Shown in pieces: positions 28,655 to 39,912 of a stretch of DNA of 64,000 nt; position 1 is the stretch's first letter; each line of letters opens with the position of its first letter. The DNA lies in the NCBI GenBank assembly GCA_021773645.1, contig JAJFJU010000003.1:119495-183494 (forward strand). The letters are read 5' to 3'. Position numbers and translations under genes: made by a program. The notes below the pieces were generated by a model. It was given only the letters and a program-made list of their open reading frames with translations. It ran no database searches and was not told where the DNA came from. The DNA is from Gammaproteobacteria bacterium (GTDB lineage Bacteria; Pseudomonadota; Gammaproteobacteria; HK1).

Positions 28655-29652
28655 GAATCGCCATCAATGGTTTTGGACGTATCGGACGCAGTGTCTTTCG
28701 TATCCTCAATACGACGGAGAATATTGAGGTGGTGGCGATCAACGATCTCGCTGATAACGAGACCTTGGCCTACCAGCTAAGGTACGACACCGTGATGGGG
28801 AAATTCCCGGATACCGTCGAGGTGAAGGATGGGCGCATGTGTACCAGCCATCAGCGGGTGCAGATGCTGGAAATTCCGAATCCCGCCGAGTTGCCCTGGG
28901 GGGAGCTCGGTATCGATTGTGTTATCGAGGCTACCGGTTTGTTCCGTACCCGCGAGCAATTGACCCAACATCTGGATGCCGGCGCCAAGCGAGTGCTGTT
29001 GACGGTGCCCGCCAAGGGAGATATCGATTGTACCGTGGTGCTTGGTGTCAACGAGGGCGAGTTACGGCCGGATCATCAGATCGTTTCCAACGCCAGCTGT
29101 ACCACCAACTGTCTGGCCCCGGTGGCCAAATTGCTGCATGAAAACTTCGGTATCGTGCGTGGTGTGATGACCACGGTGCACGCCTACACCAATGACCAGC
29201 GCTTGGCCGATGTGCCGCACAGCGACTGGCGCCGCAGCCGGGCGGCAGCGGAGAATATTATTCCCACCAGTACCGGGGCGGCCAAGGCGGTGGGTAAGGT
29301 GTTGCCTGCACTGGAGGGCAAGCTCGATGGTATGGCCATGCGCGTGCCCATTCCCGATGGCTCCATCGTCGATCTCTCCGTTACCCTGGAAAAGGAAACC
29401 ACTGCCGAGGAGATCAATGAGGTCATGCGTAAGGCGGCTGACAGCGATGCCATGAAATCAATTCTCTGGTATTCCGAGGCCCCCATCGTCTCCTCAGACA
29501 TCGTCGGTGACCCCCATTCATCCATCTTCGATGCTCCCTTCACCTCCGTGGTTGATGGGCACTTCGCCAAGATCCTGTCTTGGTATGACAACGAGTGGGG
29601 TTATTCCAATCGGGTGGCCGATCTACTCAAGTTGCTCGACAAGCTGGATTAG
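28651..29652 (+). CDS. gap: Type I glyceraldehyde-3-phosphate dehydrogenase
   Basis: NGFGRIGR, SNASCTTNCLAP, TTVHAYT, STGAAKAV and WYDNEWGYS are all canonical. The start ATG overlaps the upstream stop (ATGA). Confidence 0.95.
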   Translation: MRIAINGFGRIGRSVFRILNTTENIEVVAINDLADNETLAYQLRYDTVMGKFPDTVEVKDGRMCTSHQRVQMLEIPNPAELPWGELGIDCVIEATGLFRTREQLTQHLDAGAKRVLLTVPAKGDIDCTVVLGVNEGELRPDHQIVSNASCTTNCLAPVAKLLHENFGIVRGVMTTVHAYTNDQRLADVPHSDWRRSRAAAENIIPTSTGAAKAVGKVLPALEGKLDGMAMRVPIPDGSIVDLSVTLEKETTAEEINEVMRKAADSDAMKSILWYSEAPIVSSDIVGDPHSSIFDAPFTSVVDGHFAKILSWYDNEWGYSNRVADLLKLLDKLD

Positions 29653-29660
29653 AAAGTATG

Positions 29661-29686
29661 CAGCCAGTTCGATTTCGGACTGGCTG
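29661..29686. terminator. Hairpin between convergent gap and yceI-like genes
   Basis: CAGCCAGT-10 nt-ACTGGCTG. There is no strong T-run, so terminator function is tentative. Confidence 0.4.
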
Positions 29687-29702
29687 AGTTATCTGGAGGT
29701 TG

Positions 29703-30254
29703 TTAGCGGGTTAAATTCAACTCGACGATGACCTTCACATCCAGGCCAATCATTTCTCCTGTAGACCATTCGCCGTCACCGATACGAAAATCGGTACGTT
29801 TGAGCACGGTTTCTCCCGTCATCCTTGCGCTATCCCCGTCTTCACGCCAGGTGAAGGGGAGTGTGAGTGGATGGGTGATGCCCTTAAGGGTCAATTCGGC
29901 CTCGGCGACATAGTGCTCATTTCCCAAAAAGCGAATGCGCTGGGTCTCAAAAGTTGCCACTGGAAACCGAGTGTGGAAAAACCATTCAGGGCGCGCCATG
30001 GCCTCATCTCGGTCCGGGCTTTGAGTGTCGGCACTGGTGACATCCACCGTCACCTGGAAACGACTGTGCGGCACATCTTTTCCATCGAAAAAGATGTGCG
30101 CATCGAATTTCCTAAAAACCCCTGCAAATTCACTTTCCTGCCAAGTGGCGACAAAACCGAGGCGGCTCTGTGCTTGGTCGATAGTCCACAGGGGCGCGGC
30201 GCCAAGCGGTGCGGTGAGGATAACGAGGGCGAGGAAAGACAGTATTCGCTGCAT
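29703..30254 (-). CDS. YceI family periplasmic protein
   Basis: A signal peptide is followed by a YceI lipocalin-like pattern (F.V.H.G..VRG.F..F, L.I.G.T). Confidence 0.85.
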   Translation of the reverse strand: MQRILSFLALVILTAPLGAAPLWTIDQAQSRLGFVATWQESEFAGVFRKFDAHIFFDGKDVPHSRFQVTVDVTSADTQSPDRDEAMARPEWFFHTRFPVATFETQRIRFLGNEHYVAEAELTLKGITHPLTLPFTWREDGDSARMTGETVLKRTDFRIGDGEWSTGEMIGLDVKVIVELNLTR

Positions 30255-30814
30255 CAGGTTTTGTCCTTGCGGGAAGCGGGCAACATGCTCAACAGGACGG
30301 AGTCCTTGAGCACGATGTGATGGCGCAGGGCGGCCCCGATATGCAGCGCAAGTAAGCCCAAAAATATCCAGAACAGGGTGAGATGAATGCTTTGTGCCAA
30401 GCTTTGCAAAGCCTTGTCAGGTGCCACGATAGCGGGCAGGGTGAAAAGCCCGAAGACCTTGAGGGGGAAATTAGCCGCGGCGTTGATCACCCAGCCGCTG
30501 AAGGGCATGGCGAGCAACAAGCCGTAGAGCAATAAATGACTGGCTTCGGCGGTATAGCGCTCCCAGAGGGGCATGCCCAGGGGCAAGGTGGGTCGGCCGT
30601 GGGTTAGGCGCCAGAGGATGCGTAGCAGTGCCAGCCCAAGCACGGTGATGCCGAGAGATTTGTGCCAGAAAAACAGCTTTAGCTTGGTAGGAGAAAGCGG
30701 CCAGCTGGTGGCCATCCATCCTAGTACAAAGAGCAACAGAACCAGCACGGCCATGAGCCAGTGCAGGTTCTTGGCCATGCTGTTCCAGGATTCGCTGTCG
30801 GTCTTGGAATGCAC
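30254..30814 (-). CDS. Cytochrome b561 family protein
   Basis: A four-TM protein with conserved His residues (LHWLMA.., HKSLGITVL, H..LY). The start is either the GTG at 30814 or the ATG at 30778. Confidence 0.8.
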   Translation of the reverse strand: MHSKTDSESWNSMAKNLHWLMAVLVLLLFVLGWMATSWPLSPTKLKLFFWHKSLGITVLGLALLRILWRLTHGRPTLPLGMPLWERYTAEASHLLLYGLLLAMPFSGWVINAAANFPLKVFGLFTLPAIVAPDKALQSLAQSIHLTLFWIFLGLLALHIGAALRHHIVLKDSVLLSMLPASRKDKT

Positions 30815-30820
30815 GTTGCG

Positions 30821-31402
30821 TTACTGGCGCGGGCCCTCTACTTCAATGCGCAGTTCCACCTCATCGCTCACCATGGGCACGGCATATTTCATCCCGAACT
30901 CTGAGCGTTTAAGGCTGGCGGTGGCAGAAAATCCCGCACGGGGTGTCTTGCGCATGGGATGTAGGCCGACCTTGTTAAGGGTGAGGTCCAACACCACCGG
31001 GTGGGTGATGCCCAAAAGGGTTAATTCGCCATAAATTTTTCCGATCTTTGCCCCGGTCTGCTCCACTCGGGTGCTGCGATAGCGCATCTCTGGGAATTTT
31101 TTAACGTCGAAGAACTCCTTGGCTTTGAGGTGCTTGTCCCAGGCGTAGTCATCCATGTCGATACTGGCGGTGCGTATGCTGACCTCTACCGAGGACTGGC
31201 TCCAATCCTTAGCATCAAATTCGAAATGGCCGTCGTAATCGTGAAACTCACCCTGAGAATTGGAAAACCCCAAGTGATTAACAAAAAACAGGATCTGCGA
31301 GTGGGTCTTGTCGAAGTCGTAGCGCTCCGCTGCCAAGGTGGCTTGGCTAAAGCTCAGCACACTTAACAGGGCTGGCAGGGTGAGAGAAAAATATTTGGGC
31401 AT
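30821..31402 (-). CDS. YceI family periplasmic protein
   Basis: This is a second YceI paralog with a signal peptide. YceI-cytb561-YceI is a common cluster. Confidence 0.85.
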   Translation of the reverse strand: MPKYFSLTLPALLSVLSFSQATLAAERYDFDKTHSQILFFVNHLGFSNSQGEFHDYDGHFEFDAKDWSQSSVEVSIRTASIDMDDYAWDKHLKAKEFFDVKKFPEMRYRSTRVEQTGAKIGKIYGELTLLGITHPVVLDLTLNKVGLHPMRKTPRAGFSATASLKRSEFGMKYAVPMVSDEVELRIEVEGPRQ

Positions 31403-31422
31403 TGCGGTGCCTCCTTGTGTTT

Positions 31423-31983
31423 TTATTCCTTAACTTTCAGCACGATGCCGGCAATTTTGTGCTCTTTTAAGCGGCTGCGGGCAGCATCTACGGCAGTAAG
31501 GCCCTGATAGGGTCCGAGACGGACCCGGTGCCATTTTGCATGGCCATCAATGGCCACGGTCTGTATTTCTGCCTCTAGCCCCACTAATGCCAGCTTTGCC
31601 TTTAATCCATCCGCTTCAGCCTGCTTGCGGAAGGAACCAGCCTGAATCACGTAGCGTCCTTTATCAGCCCGCTTGTCGACTTTGACCCGGGGAGTGACGG
31701 CTTGTTCCTGCACCACCACCTCCATCTCCGGGAGCAGCGTATAAAATTCGAAGCGAGGGCGTTTGGGGGACGCAGGCTGTTTTATGATAGGTTTTTTGGT
31801 GGCGGATTTTTTCTGTGGGCTAGACACACTGTGGAAGGCGTGGTCCCAGAGCTCAATGCGATAGGACCAGGCTACGGCCAGCGTGATACCAGTGAAAAGG
31901 CCGACGGCAAACCAAAGATCGCGCCGTGGCGGTGGTTTTGGCGCGGCCGGCTTGGGGGAACGATGTTTGTAGTCTCGCGGCAC
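31423..31983 (-). CDS. SPOR domain protein (FtsN-like)
   Basis: A basic N-terminus is followed by one TM helix and a C-terminal SPOR fold (YVIQAGSFRKQAEADGLKAKL..WHRVRLGPY). Confidence 0.8.
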   Translation of the reverse strand: MPRDYKHRSPKPAAPKPPPRRDLWFAVGLFTGITLAVAWSYRIELWDHAFHSVSSPQKKSATKKPIIKQPASPKRPRFEFYTLLPEMEVVVQEQAVTPRVKVDKRADKGRYVIQAGSFRKQAEADGLKAKLALVGLEAEIQTVAIDGHAKWHRVRLGPYQGLTAVDAARSRLKEHKIAGIVLKVKE

Positions 31984-31985
31984 GG

Positions 31986-33746
31986 CTACATGGTATCCGG
32001 TGCCGACACGCCGAGCAGGGTGAGGCCATTGCGTAGCACGATGCGGGTGGCATTGATCAGCCCCAAGCGTGCGTTCCGCAATGGCGCTGCGTCCACCAGG
32101 AAGATGTGGGCGTTGTAGTAGGTGTGAAAATCATTGGCCAGTTCGCGCAGGTAATAGGCGAGCTGATGGGGCTCATAACTGAGCGCGGCAGCCTCGACCA
32201 CTTCAGGATAGCGGCTGAGGCGACGCAGCAGCACGAGTTCGTGGTCCTCAACCAACTCCCCGGTGACATCAAAGCTATCCGCTGATTGCCAGCGAAAGCC
32301 CTTTTCCTTGGTCTGGCGCATAACGCTGGCGATACGGGCGTGGGCATACTGGATGTAATAGACCGGATTTTCGTTGCTCTCGGCCTTGGCCAGATCGAGA
32401 TCGAAGTCTAGATGTTGGTCACTTTTGCGCATCACGTAGAAGAAGCGCGCTGCATCCCGACCTACGTCTTCGCGCAATTGCCGCAGGGTCACGAATTCGC
32501 CACTACGGGTGGACATGGGCACCTTTTCACCCCCCCGGTAGAGGTTGGCAAATTGCACCAGCAGGACATCCAGACGGTCTGGATCCGCTTGCAGTGCCTG
32601 CAGAGCGGCCCGCACCCGTGGCACGTAACCGTGATGATCGGCACCCCAGACATCAATGACACGGGTGAAACCCCGTTCAAACTTGTCCAGGTGATAGGCG
32701 ATATCTGAGGCAAAATAGGTGGTTTGGCCGTTCTCACGTACCACCACCCGATCCTTCTCGTCATCAAATTCGGTGGAGCGGAACCACAGAGCGCCCTCAC
32801 GTTCATACAAATGGCCCGCGTCTCGCAGCCGTTCAATCACGGTGGTGACCGCGCCACTATCCATCAGTGAGCGTTCCGAGTACCACTGCTCAAAGCCGAT
32901 GCCAAAATCCAGCAGATCGTCGCGAATTTCCTCGACTAGGGCGGCCAACACGTAGCCGTGAATCAATCGATAGGATCGCTCCCCCAGTAATTTTCTGGCA
33001 CGTTCGATGACGCTATCTATGTAGGTCTCTTTATCGCCGCCGTCGGGCTCATCTGCGGGCAGATCTTTCAGTACCCTCTTGGCGGGCTGGCGAAAGGCCT
33101 CGCCGTGTTGGTTATGCAATTCATCGGCGATGGTCTGAATATAGGCACCACGATAGCCGTTGGCCGGGAAGGTTAGGGTCTCGCTACAGCGCTGCAGATA
33201 ACGCAGCCAGACGCTGGCAGCAAGGATATCCATCTGCCGCCCGGCATCGTTGACGTAGTATTCGCTCTCTACTTCGTGGCCAGTGGCACGTAGCAGATTG
33301 GCTACTACGGCACCGTAGGCAGCCCCGCGACCATGCCCCACGTGCAGCGGACCGGTGGGGTTTGCGGAGACAAATTCCACTTGTATGCGCTGTTTTTCCC
33401 CTAGCGTGCTGGTGCCATAGCGGGTATCGGCCTGCAGAATTTCGCTCGCCAGGCTCTGATAGGCGCCATTTTGGATCGTAAAATTGATGAAGCCAGGGCC
33501 CGCGATTTCGGTTTTTCCAATCACCGATGAACTGGGCAGGCGTTCAACGATCTGCTCTGCCAACTGGCGCGGGTTACAGCGCGCGCTGCGTGCCAGCGCC
33601 AAGGCGATCGGTGAGGCGAAATCACCATGACTGTCGTCACGTCCCCGTTCTACCGGGATATTCAGTTCAGCATTGGCTTCGAGGATGCCATCGTTGGCCA
33701 GGGCTTCGAGGGCTTGTTGTAGGAGGGCGTGGATTTCAGCTTTCAA
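31986..33746 (-). CDS. argS: Arginine--tRNA ligase
   Basis: Class I HIGH-type motif ([15 protein letters not shown]), 586 aa, with a typical C-terminal anticodon-binding domain. Confidence 0.97.
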   Translation of the reverse strand: MKAEIHALLQQALEALANDGILEANAELNIPVERGRDDSHGDFASPIALALARSARCNPRQLAEQIVERLPSSSVIGKTEIAGPGFINFTIQNGAYQSLASEILQADTRYGTSTLGEKQRIQVEFVSANPTGPLHVGHGRGAAYGAVVANLLRATGHEVESEYYVNDAGRQMDILAASVWLRYLQRCSETLTFPANGYRGAYIQTIADELHNQHGEAFRQPAKRVLKDLPADEPDGGDKETYIDSVIERARKLLGERSYRLIHGYVLAALVEEIRDDLLDFGIGFEQWYSERSLMDSGAVTTVIERLRDAGHLYEREGALWFRSTEFDDEKDRVVVRENGQTTYFASDIAYHLDKFERGFTRVIDVWGADHHGYVPRVRAALQALQADPDRLDVLLVQFANLYRGGEKVPMSTRSGEFVTLRQLREDVGRDAARFFYVMRKSDQHLDFDLDLAKAESNENPVYYIQYAHARIASVMRQTKEKGFRWQSADSFDVTGELVEDHELVLLRRLSRYPEVVEAAALSYEPHQLAYYLRELANDFHTYYNAHIFLVDAAPLRNARLGLINATRIVLRNGLTLLGVSAPDTM

Positions 33747-33800
33747 TGTGGACCGTCTTCTGAGGAGCTATAAACAGGCGCGCTATTGTATAGGGATTTT

Positions 33801-33867
33801 GGCCATGGATGGCCTTATGTCGCAAAGCACATGGATGTGCGAGAGCGACGCTTGGCCATGGACCGCC
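33801..33867. repeat. Three spaced 14-bp palindromes upstream of argS
   Basis: GGCCATGGATGGCC (33801), GCACATGGATGTGC (33827) and GGCCATGGACCGCC (33854). Their starts are 26 and 27 bp apart. Confidence 0.5.
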
Positions 33868-33980
33868 GTCACTTTACGTCGTTAGCGCGGCTAAATCCTC
33901 TGCCTTTCGTTCCCTGGATACCGGCTTTCCGCTTCACTACAGCCGGTATGACGAATGTGGAGGGCTGTAGGATATGCAGC

Positions 33981-36188
33981 CTAATCCACTTCTACCGGAT
34001 CGATATCCAGTGACCAGCGTACTCGGCGGGCGCTTTTGTGGCTTTGTAAGGTCTTTAACCAGGGATCGAGACCTGCCTGCATGATTTCACGACTTTCTGC
34101 CTGCATTAACAGACGGGCCCGGTAGCGGCCACGACGGCGTTCCATGACGGCTGCTACCGGGCCGAGTAGCAACATCTGTGGGTCGAGCACTTCACTCGCT
34201 AATTGCCGAGCAGCTTCGAGGAAACTGAAGTTTGCTTCCTGAGTGGGCGCCTCGGCACGCAACAGGGCCAGCCAGCTATAGGGAGGCAATGCCGTTTCCA
34301 TGCGCTCATGCAGCGCGGCCTCGGCAAAGTTTTGATAGTCCTTTTCCACCAGGGCCTGCAGTAAAGGATGATCTGGATGATGAGTCTGGATGTAGACCTT
34401 GCCCGGATGCTCACCGCGTCCGGCACGACCAGAAACCTGGATGATGAGCTGGGCCAGACGCTCGCTGGCGCGAAAATCGGTGCTAAACAGGCCGCCATCG
34501 GCATCTAAAATCCCCACCAGGGTGACCTTGGGGAAATGATGTCCCTTGGCCAGCATCTGGGTGCCGACGAGGATGTCGACCTCTCCCGCGTGGATCTGCT
34601 CCAGCGCTTTTTCCATGCTTCCCTTGCGGCGGGTGCTGTCACGATCAATGCGCAGAATACGGGCCTTGGGGAGGCGCTGTTGCAGGGTGGTGCTGATGCG
34701 CTGTGTGCCGGCACCTACGGGGATGAAAGAAGTGGCCCCACAGGCTGGACATTTGTTGGGAGGTGCCTGGTCCGTGCCGCAGTGATGGCAGCGCAAGCGT
34801 CCACTCTTTTGATGCAGCACCATATGGGCGTCACAGCGCGGGCAGTCGCTGATGGCACCACAGGCATGGCACAGATAGACCGGGGCATAGCCGCGACGGT
34901 TAACGAAGAGCAGTGCTTGTTCGCCCTTTGCAAGGCAGTGTTCCACGGCCTTGAGTAGCGGCGGGGCTAATGGAGCGTGTGGGGGTTGTTTACGCAGATC
35001 AATGATGGCGATGTCGGGTGGCCGGCTATCGCCGACCCGGGCGGGTAGGTGCAATCGCTGATAGCGCCCGGCTTCAACATTGCGCAGGCTTTCCAGTGAT
35101 GGGGTGGCAGAGCCGAGTAGGATGGGGGCTGCCGCATCGCGGGCACGGATCATCGCCAGATCCCGTGCCGAATAGCGCAGCCCGTCCTGTTGTTTGTATG
35201 AGGGATCGTGTTCTTCATCGACAATAAATAGCCCGGGGCGTGCCAGTGGAACGAATATTGCGGAGCGGGTGCCGATGATGACCGCTGCCTTGCCGTCTCG
35301 GGCCGCCAGCCAGCCATCGAGCCGTTGGCGTTCATTGAGCCCCGAATGCAGCACCGCAAGGGGGGCCTGCAGACGGTCTTGGTAACGGGCGATCATCTGT
35401 GGGCTGAGGCCTATTTCGGGCACCAGAATCAGTGCCTGTAGCCCGGCCGCTACGGTATGTTCTGCCAGCGCCAGGTAAACCTCGGTTTTACCACTGCCGG
35501 TTACGCCATCCAATAAATAGGGCTGAAAGCTTCCACGCTGGGTATCGACTGTTTCAATGGCTTGTTGTTGGGCGGCGTTGAGCTGCCAGCTGCGAGGCGG
35601 CCTTTCCATGGCCTCTGGGGGCACGTCAGAGCTTTTGACCCAAGCCTTTTGCAGCAGACTTTTCAACACGCTGCCCCAGTCCTTATGGATGCTACGAAGT
35701 GCTGCCTCATCGAGCCCATTGGGCTGCGCCTGCAGTGCCTGCATGATGGCGTGCTGGCGGGGGGCGTGTTGCAGTGTGGCAATATTCACCGTTTTACCCG
35801 CCGCGCTCAGATGCCAGTGTAGTGCTGGCTTGCTCGGGACTGCCGGCTCTCCACGGCGCAGCGCGACTGGCAGAGCGGTATGCAAGGTCTCGCCTATGGG
35901 ATGGTGATAATAGCGGCTGGTCCAGCGTAGGAAGTCGAGGCTTGCCGTGGGTAGCACCGGCTCGGAGTCAAGGATTTCGAGGACGGCCTTGATACGATTA
36001 GGGGGCAGATCAGTGTGGCTTGCCTTGCCCAGCAAGATGCCAACGCGGGTGCTGCGCCCAAAGGGTACGCGTAGGCGCATCCCGGGTAGCAGGCGATCAA
36101 TGGAAATACCTGCCGGAGGTCGATAATCAAAGCTTGTTCGCAGCGGTGAGGGGACAGCGACGCGCAGTATGCTTGGGCGATCATTCAC
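33981..36188 (-). CDS. priA: Primosomal replication protein N' (PriA helicase)
   Basis: Walker A GVTGSGKTEVY, DEEHD, and the Cys-rich zinc insert CHACG..CPRCD..CHHCG..CPACG. Confidence 0.96.
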   Translation of the reverse strand: MNDRPSILRVAVPSPLRTSFDYRPPAGISIDRLLPGMRLRVPFGRSTRVGILLGKASHTDLPPNRIKAVLEILDSEPVLPTASLDFLRWTSRYYHHPIGETLHTALPVALRRGEPAVPSKPALHWHLSAAGKTVNIATLQHAPRQHAIMQALQAQPNGLDEAALRSIHKDWGSVLKSLLQKAWVKSSDVPPEAMERPPRSWQLNAAQQQAIETVDTQRGSFQPYLLDGVTGSGKTEVYLALAEHTVAAGLQALILVPEIGLSPQMIARYQDRLQAPLAVLHSGLNERQRLDGWLAARDGKAAVIIGTRSAIFVPLARPGLFIVDEEHDPSYKQQDGLRYSARDLAMIRARDAAAPILLGSATPSLESLRNVEAGRYQRLHLPARVGDSRPPDIAIIDLRKQPPHAPLAPPLLKAVEHCLAKGEQALLFVNRRGYAPVYLCHACGAISDCPRCDAHMVLHQKSGRLRCHHCGTDQAPPNKCPACGATSFIPVGAGTQRISTTLQQRLPKARILRIDRDSTRRKGSMEKALEQIHAGEVDILVGTQMLAKGHHFPKVTLVGILDADGGLFSTDFRASERLAQLIIQVSGRAGRGEHPGKVYIQTHHPDHPLLQALVEKDYQNFAEAALHERMETALPPYSWLALLRAEAPTQEANFSFLEAARQLASEVLDPQMLLLGPVAAVMERRRGRYRARLLMQAESREIMQAGLDPWLKTLQSHKSARRVRWSLDIDPVEVD

Positions 36189-36236
36189 CTGGGGATGCCC
36201 CCGAGCCTAGGCTATTAAAGGTCACAGGATGGCCAG

Positions 36237-38639
36237 TTAAAATAATCGTTCCGTGACCCGGGGTGGTGCTGTTTTTCGGTTGCCGGTTGCGGGGGTGCTG
36301 TGGCCAAGCAGCTTGCGTGGCAGGTATTGAGGTCGGAATGTCTCGAATACAGCGCCAGCATGCCCTCCGGAGACGCGCAGGCCGGTATCTGGATCTATGC
36401 GCACGGTAACCAGATCTTCTGGTTGTTCCAACACCTCCTCTGGTACATCCCGCAGTGCCTCCCTCATAAAATCGATCCAGATGGGGAGCGCAGCCCGCCC
36501 GCCGGTTTCGCGGCGACCTAAAGGCTGAAGTTGATCGAAGCCCACCCAGGCGGTGGCTGCCAGGCGATGGTTAAAACCGGAGAACCAGGCATCGTGCTGG
36601 TCATTGGTGGTGCCGGTTTTACCCGCGAGATCTTTGCGTCGCAGCACTCGGGCCCGGCGTCCGGTTCCCCGCTGAATGACGTCTGCCAGCATGGATTGCA
36701 TGAGCCAGGCATTGGCTGGGCTGATTGCGCGTTCAGCTACCGTAAACGGCACCTCGTATTGATCTATCTTGGGAGCCCCGCTGGGGCCAGGTTCTTGGGA
36801 GGCGGCGTATTCATCGGCACAGATGGCGCAGACCCGTATCGGATTGGCACGATATATCAGTTGCTGATTCTGACCGACGATGCGTTCTATGAACCAGGGC
36901 TTAATCCGGTAGCCGCCATTTGCGAGTACACCGTAACCGGTAGCCAGTTCCAGTGGTGTAATGGCTCCGCTGCCCAACGCCAGGGAGAGGTCGCGGGGTA
37001 GCGAGGTAGTGTCGAAACCGAAGCGCTTGGCGTGACGCAGTGCAAAGGGAATGCCGATGGCACGCAGCAGGCGGATAGATACCAGGTTGCGGGATTTGGT
37101 CAGTGCCCAGCGCAGTCGAGTAGGGCCAAAGAATTTTCCACTGTAATTTTCTGGCCTCCAGGCGGCTTCCAGACCCGGGTCATCAAACACTACCGGGGCA
37201 TCATTGATCAGGCTGGCGGCGGTATAGCCTTTTTCTAAGGCCGCGGAGTAGATGAAAGGTTTGAAATTTGACCCTGGTTGTCGCTTGGCCTGAGTGGCGC
37301 GATTGAATTTGCTGCGATGAAAATTGTAGCCGCCAGCAATGGCGGCGATGGCCCCATCCTGTGGGTTGATAGCCACCAGTGCGCCCTCGATCTTTGGTAG
37401 TTGGGCGAGTTCCCAGCCAAGGTTGCCAAGACGTACGCGGATGCGATCCCCTAGCTGCAGAATCTCCGCTGCGGTTTTTGGAATTGGGCCACGGCGATTT
37501 TCATCTACATAGGGTCGCGCCCAGGCCATTCCCTTCCACCCTAGCGTAACTTCGCCATGATCTTTCACCACCACGAGCGCTTCTTGCTCTCCTAACTGTC
37601 GAACCACCGCTGGATAAAGTGTGCCCACTGTTGTGATGCTGGTCAGCGTGCTGCTTTCCGTAGGTTGATTTTTCGCCTCTGGCCCACGATAGCCGTGGCG
37701 CCGGTCATAGGCACGAAGGCCTGCACGCAGAGCCAGTCGGGCACTTTGTTGTAGACCGCTCTCTACGGTGGTGTAGACCTGATAGCCGCCGGTATAGGCC
37801 TCGGCTCCCAGCTGTACTTCCATCTGGGCTCGTACCATCTCGGCCAGATAGGCGGCCTCGGTTTCGACGGTAGGGCCATGGTAACGAGCGCTGACAATGG
37901 CGCTGTTTGCCTGCTCGAAGGCCGATGCAGTAATGATATCCAGTGCACGCATACGACCCAATACATAGCTGCGTCGCTCCACAGCGCGTATCGGGTTGGC
38001 TAGGGGGTTAAAGCGTGATGGGGCCTTGGGTAGGCCAGCGATCATCGCCATTTGTGCCAAATTTAGCTGGGCAACTGGTTTGCCGTAATAGACCTGAGCG
38101 GCGGCACCAATGCCGTAGGCACGATTGCCGAGAAAGATCTTGTTGAGATAGAGCTCAAGGATCTGACCCTTACTGAGTTCCTGTTCTATTTTCAGGGCCA
38201 GCAGGATTTCGTTCAGCTTGCGCAGATAGGTTTTTTCCGTACTGAGAAAGAAGTTTCGCGCCACCTGCATGGTGATGGTGCTGCCTCCCGGTCCCTTGCG
38301 GCCGGTGCGCACGATGTGCAGGAGGGCGCGTGCGATCCCCTCCCAGTCCACCCCGGGATGACGATAGAAGTTGGCATCCTCGGCGGCTAGAAAGGCCTTG
38401 GCCAGATTATCCGGTACCTCGACCAGTTGTAGCGGGGAGCGTCGTTTTTCACCAAATTCAGCCAGCAGCTTGCTGTCGCGGGTGTAGACTTTGAGTGGTA
38501 CCTGAAGGCGTATATCTTTGAGTGTTTCCGCAGAAGGGAGTTGCGGGATCAGGTAATAATAGATCCCGGCAGCGCTTGCCCCGCCTAGTAATAGCGCAGC
38601 GAGAAATAGTCGGGAGAGAAAGCGGCGTAGCCGGATCAT
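36237..38639 (-). CDS. mrcA: Penicillin-binding protein 1A
   Basis: Glycosyltransferase motifs (EDANFYRHPGVD, GGSTITMQ) and transpeptidase motifs (SNFKP, KTGTT). Confidence 0.95.
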   Translation of the reverse strand: MIRLRRFLSRLFLAALLLGGASAAGIYYYLIPQLPSAETLKDIRLQVPLKVYTRDSKLLAEFGEKRRSPLQLVEVPDNLAKAFLAAEDANFYRHPGVDWEGIARALLHIVRTGRKGPGGSTITMQVARNFFLSTEKTYLRKLNEILLALKIEQELSKGQILELYLNKIFLGNRAYGIGAAAQVYYGKPVAQLNLAQMAMIAGLPKAPSRFNPLANPIRAVERRSYVLGRMRALDIITASAFEQANSAIVSARYHGPTVETEAAYLAEMVRAQMEVQLGAEAYTGGYQVYTTVESGLQQSARLALRAGLRAYDRRHGYRGPEAKNQPTESSTLTSITTVGTLYPAVVRQLGEQEALVVVKDHGEVTLGWKGMAWARPYVDENRRGPIPKTAAEILQLGDRIRVRLGNLGWELAQLPKIEGALVAINPQDGAIAAIAGGYNFHRSKFNRATQAKRQPGSNFKPFIYSAALEKGYTAASLINDAPVVFDDPGLEAAWRPENYSGKFFGPTRLRWALTKSRNLVSIRLLRAIGIPFALRHAKRFGFDTTSLPRDLSLALGSGAITPLELATGYGVLANGGYRIKPWFIERIVGQNQQLIYRANPIRVCAICADEYAASQEPGPSGAPKIDQYEVPFTVAERAISPANAWLMQSMLADVIQRGTGRRARVLRRKDLAGKTGTTNDQHDAWFSGFNHRLAATAWVGFDQLQPLGRRETGGRAALPIWIDFMREALRDVPEEVLEQPEDLVTVRIDPDTGLRVSGGHAGAVFETFRPQYLPRKLLGHSTPATGNRKTAPPRVTERLF

Positions 38640-38799
38640 GGCGCTTTTGGGGTTGCCTGTCAGGGTGGTTGATAGATTGGGATGAGGCGGCTAACTGCAG
38701 GCGCGTCGGTGACTCTAAGTATAAGCGGATGGAAACTTCTATTGGATAGCTATTTGTACATGCGGTAGAGCTTGATCTATAGTTAGCTCTAGTATTTAA

Positions 38800-39911
<1,112 letters not shown>

Positions 39912-39912
<1 letters not shown>

